From NCBI GenBank assembly GCA_013239625.1, contig MU054220.1, positions 5,378,626-5,442,625 on the forward strand: a stretch of 64,000 nucleotides of DNA, in the 5' to 3' direction. This document shows positions 52,386 through 64,000 of the stretch, piece after piece. Below the pieces are notes generated by a model that was given only the letters and a program-made list of their open reading frames with translations, had not been told where the DNA came from and made no database searches. A program made the position numbers and the translations under genes. Within the stretch, counting starts at the first letter, position 1, and each line of letters starts with the position of its first letter. Source of the DNA: Lama guanicoe (taxonomy: Eukaryota).

Positions 52386-53783
52386 CCAAAAGTTCCAAGG
52401 CAAACTAATATCTTGTTTATTTCTGATTTTTTATTTCCCTTTCCAAATTTGTACTACTGAAAAAAGTTAAGTTGGCATTTTATGGAGAATGAATGTAAGA
52501 GTTTCTCTCACTTTTAAAGCACTTCCTCCCTGGGCTTTGTATTTGAGATCTTCCTCAACTAAAGTCTTTATCTTTGGATGTAGCTTGGTGAAGGCTATTG
52601 TGAAATCCTGAAGGTTTATCTTTCTAATGAGCTTAGCTCAATATCCAACCTGAGGACCTGCTAAGATGAAAGATTTTTGCCCTGCTTGACTGTATGCTTC
52701 ATTCTGACAGTGTGGTCAGATCTTAAAGAAGCAAAAACCCAATAAAACCAACATACAGACACACAGACACAGACACACATGGATGTACACAGACACACAC
52801 ACCCCAGTGTCTATAAAGACATATTTCTACTCCTTGCAATACCATTTCAGTTTTCCAGCAGTTGGATATCCCTGGAGCATTTAATAAAAGGGTCTCAAAA
52901 CTCAGAATATCTTCTCTATTCCTCTAACTTTAACTCATTCCATGAAGGAGATACCTTGTTTTGCCTCTTTTAAATAAAAATGCAAGCAGTAAGATGATCT
53001 ACTTACAAAATCAGCTAGCAAATGCTCCTGTCTACCTCAGCTGACAGGATTAAAACTCATCTGTGAAATCAGGAACCCCCTGCAATCACATCCAACCAGA
53101 CGTCAGTCAGAACTGAGGCATCTGAAAGCCTCTTGGTTTCAGATGTCTTTAAAAAAACATTTCCTTTCATTCCCTAGATCTTTCTTGAAGAATAAACTTT
53201 GCATTTTCTTGAGAGCATCTCCTCTGGTGTGCACATGCGGTTTTTAATCTTTTCCTCTCACCAGGGCAAAGATTGAAGCGATATGTAATTAATGACTTGA
53301 AAAATATTTAGCTGGATTTAAAGAAAGAGACCCAAACAGTAAAAAGCTCCATATAACTGTCTCCTTTAATTGAAGGAATGCCAAAGAATTCTGTAAAACT
53401 TGCTAAAATACTGAGGCAGTTCCACGTTGACTCGTACAAGGGCTATGGAGGCCTGCATATCACTATTTTAGTGGCTTTCTGGACACAGGTTACAGAGTCA
53501 AGATGATCTAAAGATGATCAATAATTAATCCTGAATGTTTGAGATATGTTTTTATTTGGTTGTAGGGGAATGATCTAAATGACCTGTTTGCATCTCTTCC
53601 AATTTAGACCAAACCAAGTTGACTTTATTAAATAGGATTCTCTTTCTCCCTCAAAACTGTCTGTGTTTAGGGAAAAGTATATAAATATATCTCTGCCTAT
53701 CAATTTCTCTCATTATAGAATATGTGGAGAAAAATCTTGCAAGATCTTTCTTTGGCATAGGAGTAAGTAGACAACCTAATTTT

Positions 53784-53964
53784 TTAAATTGAAGTATAGT
53801 CAGTATACAATGTTGTGTCAGTTTCTGGTGAACAGCATAATGTTTCAGTCATACATATATATATAAATATATTCATTTTCGTATTCCTTTCCATTATAGG
53901 TTACTACGAGGTATTGAATATAGTTCCCTGTGTTATACAGTATAAACTTATTGATTATCTATTT
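53784..53964 (-). mobile_element. Camelid-type L1 3' end
   Basis: attgaagtatagtcagtatacaatgttgtgtcagtttctgg; TSD gacaacctaatttt / gacgaactaatttt at 53770-53783 and 53965-53978. Confidence 0.85.
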
Positions 53965-54004
53965 GACGAACTAATTTTAAATTCATCAAAACATAAGGGA
54001 ATAC

Positions 54005-54200
54005 ATATGGGGCTCTGGAGTCAGAATGGTTTGCATTTGGATCCTGACTCGCTGGCTTACTTACTTTGTGACCTTGGCTTAGTGAGTAAACTGGTTCAGT
54101 CTCGGTTTCCTTCAAAGCTTTTTGTGGGGTCATGGGAAATTATGCACGTATAGTCAATTCTCAGTCTGACTGCTGACAAAAAGTAAGCATTTTAAAACAT
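54005..54200 (+). mobile_element. MIR SINE
   Basis: gggctctggagtcaga...tgtgaccttgg...ctcggtttcct. Confidence 0.8.
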
Positions 54201-55552
54201 TGTTTGATAATAAATTGTTCTATCTGCTGGCTTTGTTTAAGTCTTCAGAAATAAGTGTTGGCATGGGCTATGAAAATGAGTGAAGTATTAGTTTAATTTG
54301 TTGATCAAAACTAACATTTGAATGTACTATGCAAAAAGCCTCATTCTACCCTTTGGGTGACATTAAACATTCTTTTTAGTGGGTTTTCTAATGAAATGAC
54401 ATCCTCAAAGCAACTTGTAAATAAATGCTTGTCACTACATTCTGACCAAAGTATGAGAATGGAGGCCACATAGTCAAAGGGTGATCAGTCAGGTGGATTA
54501 TTCTTAAAAGAATTCCTGGAGGGGGAAAATTTAGAACCCGATTTTAAATAGGTAGAAAGGAACAGGAAGGCATTTCCTCTCTTAATCACTTATCTTTTAT
54601 TTACCCGATCCTGTGTGAAATGAGGGAATCAAAGGAGGAAAAACAAAAGTCCCTAAGCAAGCAGAGCCCCTGGCCTAATACATGTTTGTGTCGAAACTTA
54701 GTGCTGTGCAGAAAATGCCTGATAAATCTACTTCATGGTAGTTCCAGGTTTGACTGGGAAAATAAGAAACGATGCTGGTGGTCTGGGTGGAAGCACTTGG
54801 GGAAAAATTTCAGAGGCCATCCTGAGAAATCTGAGAAAAATTTAGTAGGGAAAAATAACGGAGGACTCTAATAGGTTCTTGATAGTTTTGTAGGAAGAAG
54901 TGGAATGATCTGAATAGTGTTGCAGAACGCTAACATAGGCAGCTTTACGTGCAGTTGATTAGATAAGGGCAAGATTGGGGTTAATAGGATTATAATATAC
55001 ATTATATTGCAGGAAAACTTCATGTTTTACATATGTTCTCTAGGGAAAATAATTATTCTCTTCATTTGTGGAGTGTGAGAGAGTAAGTGAATAGTGAATG
55101 AGACCTAGAAGCAGCACCAGATCACCCAGTGGGTCATTCCAGTAGCTGATTATGAGAATCTTGTTCACATTTTACCAATATCTGGACTTATCACTGATTA
55201 TGTCTCTGTCCTTCAATTCTTAGTTTATTGGCAAGAATTTTAAAAAGGAAATGATCAGAATTCTACCTCCAGTGGGAAGATATCTAGTCAACTTACCTAT
55301 TTCTGGGACAGTGGTTCACAGTCAGAGTGAGAGAAACTGATATTCAAGTATTTTAGAAACTGAAAATGATGTTTACTTTACAGAAATAGAGATAAGGTGG
55401 GGACAAAAATCCTTTACTGTTGTTCAGGGACAAACTAGATTTGATATTTTATATTTTCTCATGAATTTCTCAGAAAGGTACATAAGGTATTTTTTTTCTT
55501 TAAATCTTAGAGTGGTTTTATGTATTATATCAAGTGGTATTTATAATACCTC

Positions 55553-55925
55553 TTTTATTGACTGAATTGCATCCCCTCATTCATATGTTGAAACCCTAGT
55601 CCCCAGTGTAAATGTGCTTGGAGACAGGACCTTTAAAGAGATATTTAAGGTTAAATGAGGTCATAAGAGTGAGGCCCTAATCCAATTAAACTAGTACCCT
55701 TATAAGAGCAGAGACTTTAGGAATGCATGTGTAGAGAGAAAAGGCCACATGAAGACACAGCAGAAAGGGCCATCTGCAAGCCAAGGAGAGAGGCCTCAAG
55801 AGAAGCCAAACTTGCCAGCACCTTAATTTGAACTTCAAGCCACAAGAACTATGAAAATAAGTTTCTGTTGTTCAAGCCACCTCATCTATGGTATTTTGTT
55901 GTGAGAGCTCTAACAGACTAATACA
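55553..55925 (+). mobile_element. MLT1B-like MaLR solo LTR
   Basis: attcatatgttgaaacccta...aaggttaaatgaggtcataag...cagactaataca; flanks acctc / aactc. Confidence 0.9.
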
Positions 55926-57659
55926 AACTCTATATACAAAACATAAATGTGATATTTAAACAAAATATTACAATGCCTATTTTACATTTTTCAGGCAAGC
56001 AGTCTCTACTGAGCAGGTACTGGGCAATGTCTCTCACTATACGTTATTTTATTTGTCTCAGTTTTGCTTTCTGATAGTAATTTTTCTTTCCTGAGGTCAA
56101 ATAGCTAGAAAGTAGCAAATCCCAATCCAATTAAATTCCAAATCTCAGTTTACAAGTATAATTATTTTTCCATAATTTTATGCTAGTTCCATTGAGTGGA
56201 ATCTGCAACTGCATTTCAACTCACCACCATCATTATGTGGTATTTGGAGATAGAATTATGCTGTCCAGAATTATAATGCTGTCTCCTTAGTTCTCTTCCT
56301 TGAATTCAGACTTGTACTCCTACCACATAGCAACATTGGTCAGCTGAAAACAGTGAGCATCTGGTTTTGCTGCAGGCAGCAAGCACATCACTTTCTATGA
56401 ACACACATATTTTGAACTCACGGTTAGGAGACCCTTGCATCATGTTTCAATTTAACGGCTATTACTTCTTGTTCAAAAGTCTTGCTGTGTGTTCAGCTTT
56501 CGCTCCAAATGTCAGAGGGGAATGGGAAACTGAAGTGCTGTAAAACACTTGGAGCCTTCATTTATTACAGAGTAATTAGAGAATCAAAGGGGAGGAAAGA
56601 GCAGGTCTTTTGTTTCCAAACCGTGGAGAACTAGAGTGTACAGAATGAACCAAATAGACACTGGGGATTGGGATTTTTTTCATGTGCAGAAGAATAAGGT
56701 TCATAGGAGCAGGACTGATGTGAAACTTGCCGTGTCATGAATAATGTAGATTAGGATAATGTAAAAGCAGAGGTTTGTTCACTAAATGCTGAACCTCTAG
56801 AATGAGGACTTTGATGAAACTCTCCAGGTGATGTGCAGCCAGTTTGGGAGTTTTATCTAAAGGATATCTCTCATTTCCAGATAATTAACATTCCAATTGA
56901 CCCTGTCATTGACTACAAGTTTGGGACCTTCTCCTTTATATTGTACCAATTTTTCTCTCTCTCTCCCTCCACCCACAACAGTTAAAGTGTACATGTAACA
57001 AGAAATACACAGAGAGTAGGAGGGGAGCTTGTTTCCTTACTTAGCCACTGGGTCATAACTATATACTTCAGAGTCCATTTTAAAGGGAAGAGGCCACATA
57101 TATTATGTATGGAATTGCTTATGAACCACTGAACTTTTCACACAATTATCAATGCACTGGTGACTTCCTAATGAACCTGGAACTTTTAGCTTCTTGTTTA
57201 TTTGGAAGGCTCAGCTTATAGTGCATGAGGAATTGAAATTAAAGACTCCTAGACACTGTTTCTTTGGCTCCATTAAGGAAACATTTGGAGAGATGGCAGG
57301 AGTGGTGTCTCTAATGTTGGGGAATGTGCCAGAAAGGGTGAGTTACAAAATCCTCTAGGTCTGCCGTCTTTTCCTTTATATTGTTCTTGCTGTGAGATTA
57401 GGTGGACATCCCAGTGACTCATTTTCAGTCCTTACAGTGTCTCTTTTGGTTTTGTTTTTCTCTCATGCTCTTGTCTCCATTGATGTGGTAGTTAGGAATC
57501 TGACAAATGGTTGCCTTTGGATTCATGAAAGAAAATTCTATCCAAAGATGGGCCAAAAGCAGTCTATAAAGGATGCTGGATTAGCATTTTGGGATGATTT
57601 GTAGGAAAGATCAGAGTATTTTCATTTCTGATGAGATGGATTTGTCACAGCCCCAGAAT

Positions 57660-57698
57660 GTATGTGTGTGTGTGTGTGCGCGCGCACGCGTGTGTGTG
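57660..57698. repeat. (TG)n(CG)n alternating purine-pyrimidine tract
   Basis: gtatgtgtgtgtgtgtgtgcgcgcgcacgcgtgtgtgtg. Confidence 0.95.
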
Positions 57699-60149
57699 AG
57701 AAAGAGAAAATTCATACTTTTAAAAGGCTTCTGACAAATACATTGTTTGTACAAGAATAGAAGTCTGTAGTTTGTATAGTGCTTTCCACGTGGACTATGT
57801 TATCTCCTTCTCGTAACATCTCTATGATATAAATATTACCCTGTGTTGACAAATAAAGAGGCTAAAAAGCTAAGTGTCTTTGCCCAGCTGGTAGCTGGCA
57901 TAAATATGGCTTGAATCTGTTTTCAGGCGAACATCATGCTCCAACAGTGGTGCTACACTGAACATTTATACAGGGTCTGACCCAAACCATAGAATGTAGT
58001 ACCCCTATTTACAGAAATGTAGTATAAAAAATAGAAACAGTTGTTATTATTTTTTTACCCCTAAGAGTTATTAAGATTGGGCCTAATGATTTTGTTAAAC
58101 CACTGGTTGTAGTGAAAGTTTTTTTTTTTTCTCTCTCCTTTCTTTTAATATGGGTTTCTGGTTACAAAAACAATACACAGGTATTTGCTTTCAGCTCTGG
58201 CATCAAGAAAGTTTGGAAGCCATCACTCTGTCTTTTCAACATGAAGAAAACAAACAAAATGACTGACATTTATTGGATCCATCAGATAATTGAGGTTGTA
58301 GGGCAAACCATCACTCTGAAATTTGAAGAGACTGGTGAATACTAGGAACCATAACTGGTAGGAAAATTTCAGTGGTAATTTTGATAAGTTGCTGAAGGCT
58401 GAGTATACTCTAGTGTGAAATGAGAAACTCCTGGGAGACCAGTTTTGGTAGGGGTTCCACAATTTTGTGCATTTTATCTCCAGGAACTCCATAAGCATCT
58501 CATGGTAAGATCTGAGAAATATCCTCTTAAGGGTCTGTCTGGGGAAGTGATAAAATAATCATTGTGAAATATGTTAAGGACAACAAAGGATTACTCTCCA
58601 AAAGGAAGGACTTTACAAGAGTCTCATCACAGCTGGTGGATGATCATTCCTCCTCCTTTAGCACCCTTTAGTGTTCTCATCTCACCTGAGATGGTGATGG
58701 GAGGGGGAAGCTTTGCCACGGGATCAACACTTGTGAAGATCAGACTGCAGGAAGACAGACCCACTAAAGATGAGGATTTAATCATAAGAATATAGAATCC
58801 TTCTTTTCTCCAACTCCTTGTGCCTACATCAACAGAACTCTAGTGTAATAGTATGTTCCAGTTGAAAGAGCTGTAAGACACAAACTCTCTCTGAGGAGCA
58901 TAGCCCAAAGTCAAGAGGAGAGACAAATACAAGGACATTTGAGGAATTTGAAACTTTTGGCACTTAAAAGTTTCTAAAAACATTAAATCCTAGCCAGATT
59001 TATGTAAATCCTTACACTAAAGGCCTGTTTAAATTTTTGTTACCTAGTATGTCCAGCTTTTAACAAAAAAGTATAAGGCAAGGGAAAAAAAAAGGCTTTA
59101 GAAACAAAGCAAACATCAGAACCAGACATGACACAGTGATTGGCTATATTCAACAGGGACTTTACAATAGCTGTTGTGAATATGTGAGGGGCTCTAATGG
59201 AAAAAGTACATAGCATATGAGAATATATGGGCAATATAAGCATAGAGATGAATAATCAAAGGAAAATCTGAAAATGAAGAACTGCATAGAAATGAGAGCC
59301 TTTGATGGGCTCATCAGTTAAGTAGACATAGCTAAGGAAACAATCAATGAGCTTGAAGGTAAATCAACAGAAATTTTGCAAACTGAAATGCAAAAAAAAA
59401 AAACAGACTGGAACATTCGAGAACTGTAGGATGACTTCAAAAGACGTAAATACCAAAAGGAAAAGAAAGAGAAAATAAAGCAGAAGAAATATTGAATAAT
59501 GGCTGAAATATTTCAAAACCACCTAAGCATCAATTCAGGAAGCTCAGAGAATGCTATGCAGAAAAATATCAAAGCAAAACAAAACTACACCTAGCATATC
59601 TATTCAAACTTCAGAAAACCAAAGAGAAGGAGAATATCTTGAAAGAACCTGGAGGGAAAAAAAAAATCCTTACCTATAGAGAAACAAGGATAAGAATTAT
59701 AGTGTACTTCTCATAAGAAAACATGCAAGCAAGAAGAGAAGAGTTCACCTTAAAAGTGAACTATTTAAGGTGCTGAAAATAAAACCCACCAATCTAGAAT
59801 TCTACATCCAATGAAATGATGCTTTGAAAGTAGAGGCTTTCACAGACAGAAGAGAACTGAGAGAAGTCATCAGCAGCAGACCTGCCCTGCAAGAAATGTT
59901 AATTAATGCTCTTTAGGGGAAAGGGAAATTATATAGGTCAGAAACATGGATCTGTGTAAAGGAAGGAGGAATATCAGATAACTAATAAATGAGAGTAAAA
60001 TAAAATATTTTAATTTTCTTAGTCTTAATTGATCTAAATAATAACTGTTTGATGATACTGACATTGAATTAGGTAATTATAGTATATGGATAAGTGAAAT
60101 AAGTGATAGCAGTGTCATAAAAGATCAACAGGAGGAATTAGAAATACAA

Positions 60150-60300
60150 GGCATTGCTTGTAATGGGAAAGTAAGCATGACATTGGTCAGCATCATGGGT
60201 TGTCATTATCATCATCATCATCATTATTCAAAAGTGAACTGCTCCGCATCCGTGGCCATCATTCTTTTCAAAGCCTCTTTCTTTTCTTTGGGCTGTGATT
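60150..60300 (+). repeat. Direct copy of 62211-62359 inserted in the old L1
   Basis: About 10 substitutions and one 2-bp indel by manual alignment. Confidence 0.95.
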
Positions 60301-60415
60301 TAAGATACCTGCACTTCACATAAAGTAGTAGAGCGTTATTTCAAAGTAGAATTAGATTAGTTAAAATGTATATTGGAAACTCTGTAACAACCACTACAAA
60401 TTTTAAGACAGAAGT

Positions 60416-61022
60416 CAAAAGACTAGGAATAGACTTACCATATGACCCAGGAATCCCACTCCTGGGCTTGTATCCAGAAGGAAATCTACTTCAGGATGAC
60501 ACCTGCACTCCAATGTTCATAGCAGCACTATTTACAATAGCCAAAACATGGAAACAGCCTAAATGTCCATCAATAGGTGTCTGGATAAAGAACATGTGGT
60601 ATATTTATACAGTGGAATACTACTCAGCCATAAAAACCGACAACATAACGCCATTTGCAGCAACATGGATGCTCCTAGAGAATGTCATTCTAAGTGAAGT
60701 AAGCCAGAAAGAGAAAGAAAAATACCATATGAGATCACTCATATGTGGAATCTAAAGACTCATGGACAGAGAATACAGACTTGTGGTTACCAGGGGGGTA
60801 GAGGGTGGGAAGGGATAGACTGGGATTTCAAAATTGTAGAATAGATAAACAAGATTACACTGTATAGCACAGGGAAATATACACAAAATGTTATGATAAA
60901 TCACAGAGAAAAAAATGTGACAATGAGTGTGTATATGTCCATGAATGGCTGAAAAATTGTGCTGAACACTGGAATTTGACACAACATTGTAAAATGATTA
61001 TAAATCAATAAAAAATGTTAAA
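60416..61022 (+). mobile_element. Young camelid-type L1 3' end (ORF2 C-terminus to 60755 plus 3' UTR)
   Basis: [20 protein letters not shown]...[11 protein letters not shown]; 18-bp TSD aaatttta(a/g)gacagaagt at 60398-60415 and 61023-61040. Confidence 0.95.
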
Positions 61023-61428
61023 AAATTTTAGGACAGAAGTATAAGTAATATGCTAACAGAAGAGATAAAAATGGAATCATATAAAATGCTTTATTAAAAT
61101 CAGAGGAGGAAAAAGAAAAAGGCATGGAGGAAAGCAACTAAAATCTAAGTAGAAAACAGTTATAAACATGGTGCATGTTAAACCAACTATACCAATAATC
61201 ACTTTAATATAAATAGTCTAAATATTCCAACTAAAAGAGACTGTCATAATGGATAAAATGGCTTATTCTAGGATATGGCAGGATATATATGAGTCTGGAG
61301 AATCTTTTAGTACCAGAAAGTGAAGAACTGCTCTAAAAAACAAAATAAAATACTCACAATGATGTAAAATGTCAAAGGGACGCAGGAGCCAACTGAAGAG
61401 CTTCCGATGGCTATAGCTGGAACAATTT

Positions 61429-61432
<4 letters not shown>

Positions 61433-61476
<44 letters not shown>
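61433..61476 (+). repeat. Pure A44 homopolymer
   Basis: Direct count. Confidence 0.95.
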
Positions 61477-61478
<2 letters not shown>

Positions 61479-61758
61479 AGTGTTGGATTACATCCTAAAG
61501 TTTGAAGTAAATATCCATGAGTTCATACTGATATAAGTAAGTAACTAAATAAATAAATACATGGTGGAAAACAAATTTCTCATGCAGAATTCCAAATAGT
61601 TTATGCTGATACACTGCCCCCAGGAAGGTGGGACACAACACCCCACTCTCTAAGTGCAGGCTGCTCACCGTGCTAAGCCCTCAATATTCAATAAATGTTA
61701 AATATACCTCCAAACTGTTCAAGGTATCATTATACCTTTTCTAAGCTAACATTGCTCC

Positions 61759-62134
61759 TGTATTAGTCTGCTTAGACTGCCATAATGAGACAACATACAC
61801 TGGATGTCTTAAGTAACATTTATTTTCTTGTGGTTCTGGAGGCTCAAAGTCCAAACATCAAGGTGCATGAAAGGTTGAGTTCTGGAGATACCTCTCTTCC
61901 TATCTCTCTGTGTCCTCACATGGCCTTTCCTCTTTGTATGTGTGAAGAGAGAGAGATCTCCAGTGCATTATCCTTTTCTTATAATGACACCAGTCCTGTC
62001 AGAGTAGAACCCCGCTCTTATAACCTTATTTAACTTTAATTATCTCCTAAAAGGTCCTTTCTCTGTATATAGTAATATTGGGGGTTAGGTCTTCAACATA
62101 TGAATTTTAGGGGCACACAATTCAGTCCATAACA
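61759..62134 (-). mobile_element. MLT1A/B-like MaLR solo LTR
   Basis: tgtattagtctgctt...aattcagtccataaca; perfect 5-bp TSD gctcc at 61754-61758 and 62135-62139. Confidence 0.92.
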
Positions 62135-62210
62135 GCTCCTAAGTGATGGAGTCTGGATCTAGGATCTAAACATAGTTTCATGTGCAATTTCAAAGCTACA
62201 TCTGCCAACT

Positions 62211-62359
62211 GGCATTGTTTGTAATGGGAAGGGAAACATGACATTGGTCGGCATCATGGGTTGTCATTATCATCATCATCATCATTATTCAAAAGTGAAC
62301 TGCTCTGTATCTGTGGCCATCATTCTTTTCAAAATCTTTCTTTTCTTAGGGCTGTGATT
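62211..62359 (+). repeat. Probable donor of the 60150-60300 copy, containing (ATC)n
   Basis: Sits in apparently unique sequence and is near-identical to 60150-60300. Confidence 0.9.
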
Positions 62360-64000
62360 AGATCCCTTTCCTGAAGTGATGTCAAATGAATGTCAGAAGG
62401 AGCTAATGAATTGTGACAGCAGACTAACAGGGGCTGCCTAATAGTGAGAGGGTTTTGTCAGCTCCAGCTGTGCACATCTCTCCTAATAATACCAAACCTT
62501 TGATCCCAGCAACTTCCATGCAGTCTGTTAGGATCCATGAATTCAATCTTGTGAATGGCTGAGGTCATTTGGGGGCTGTTCTGAAGACTAAGGTTTATTT
62601 CTTTTTATGCTTGTATGGCCTTTGGTCAGTCTAGGTCTCTGTCTGTTCTTCCCTTGGTTTTATATCATAATCCCCACCACCCGTCTTTTTTGGTATGAGG
62701 TGCAATTTGTAGTCTTGTCTGAAGCTACAGCTCGCTTCACAGATGGTGAATTGCAGTTGAGAGTAATGGGCCTATTCGGTTCAGCCCAGAGAGTATATTA
62801 GTGTCTGATAGCCTATAACTGCTCAACATTAGACATCATTCACACTGCTCCAAGGTCATCTGTAGGGCCGCCTCTCCCTCCACTTTCTCACTCTCCTCCA
62901 TTCCTCTCTCTGCCTCCATCAGATATGAATTACACAAAAGTCATGAAGCCGTTAGGAGTTAGTTCTGGGAACGTGGAACAAAGAGTCTTTGTTACCCATT
63001 TGGCTCACTATTGCTCCAAATAATTGAGAAGACTGATATCACTTGAATGAAACTCAATGAAAACAGTAAAGCCAGATTTAAGTGCTAAGAATACATGGGT
63101 CATCTCTTAGAGGAAGTACCAGCCCTGTGCTCTAGGAGGCATCATTTCAAATAGAAAATCAGAAATCAAGCAGCTGGTAGAGTGTATTAATGGACCATTT
63201 GAAATATTAGTTACAATATGTACAGCAAGGTGCTGGCAATTCTGATGCTACACTCCAGGCTTAATCTGAATTAAATGAAACAAAGTATGTGAATGTACCT
63301 AGCTTAATACTTGTAAATGTAATATTGTAAATATTGTCTGCTTGACTCCTTCCCTCCCTCCCTCTCTTCCTGCCTCCCTTCCTTCCTTCCCCTCTCTCTC
63401 CTTCCATTTTTCTCCTCTTCCCTCTCACTTCCCCTGCTTCCTGAGCCATCATGTTCACTAGAGAACACTGAGTAACTGAGAAGAGACTTCATCATAGACT
63501 GGGCCGTATTTTTAAATGCATCTTTTTCATTGGTTTCCCATCTTTGACATACCTTTCCAGGAAACATTGAGAATCTTTTTGGAAATATTTTGAAATTTTA
63601 CTTATTAAAACTTCCATAGTATGACAGCTTTCAAACTATAGAAATGCCCAGACCCAACTCAGTTATGGAAGGTTGCCTTCCCTTTTATGTTTCACAGAGG
63701 TTGTCAGTGTCGAAGAGAAAGGATGAAGATAGAATAAAAACTTACCAATCCAAAGCTAGAAGTCTTTCTCAATGATGGGCAAGGGGTCCCTGGTTGGAAG
63801 ACTAGATTTTGAAAACTATTAGAGAAAGAAGGAAAGGAGAATCCAGTAATTATCAAAATTAATAAGCAGGTCAAATGGCAGCTAGCCTTGGGACCATGAA
63901 ATTTTGAAGCTCTACAGACACAGCTTTTTCAAAGATTAAAATAAATTTTACCTCATTTGTTCTCATTCACTCTGGGTAGAGGCAAAATTGACAAAGGCAG

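Larger units (their letters stand above)
58185..61672 (+). mobile_element. Old L1 (L1MD-like): 5' UTR, ORF1, inter-ORF and ORF2 start joined to 3' UTR
   Basis: ORF1 motifs (tttgatgggctcatcag, ggaagctcagagaa, cagcagacctgccctgcaagaaatgtt); ORF2 start aataatcactttaatataaatagtctaaat; 3' UTR tagtaccagaaagt...ggagccaactgaagagct. Confidence 0.8.

Noticed and set aside
1..64000. About 120 short ORFs in the six-frame track as host genes
   Set aside because: Apart from L1 ORF2 remnants none resembles a protein I recognise; many use non-ATG starts or lie in repeats, as expected by chance
1..64000. CRISPR array, operon or other prokaryotic-type system
   Set aside because: No regularly spaced repeats or dense coding; the sequence is clearly mammalian

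Overview
Repeat-rich, AT-rich mammalian non-coding DNA (large intron or gene desert). The young LINE-1 3' ends and tRNA-derived SINEs look camelid (alpaca/llama/camel type), recognised from memory, not by search. I find no host protein-coding gene, rRNA, tRNA gene or CRISPR array; the only recognisable protein sequence is LINE-1 ORF2 remnants. Most of the window is a nested fossil record of MIR, L2, L3/CR1, old L1M, MaLR/ERV LTRs and hAT MITEs. Subfamily names and old-repeat boundaries are approximate. The most notable structures are: (1) a 347-bp inverted duplication (14499-14845 / 23970-24316) with all six mismatches in one 56-bp patch; (2) a ~150-bp local templated insertion (60150-60300, copied from 62211-62359); (3) a ~390-bp non-L1 retrocopy with AATAAA, poly(A) and TSD (30917-31341); (4) a twin-primed L1; (5) a fold-back L1 junction. 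These are locus-specific rearrangement and retrotransposition events of known classes. I cannot support a claim of a new biological system.
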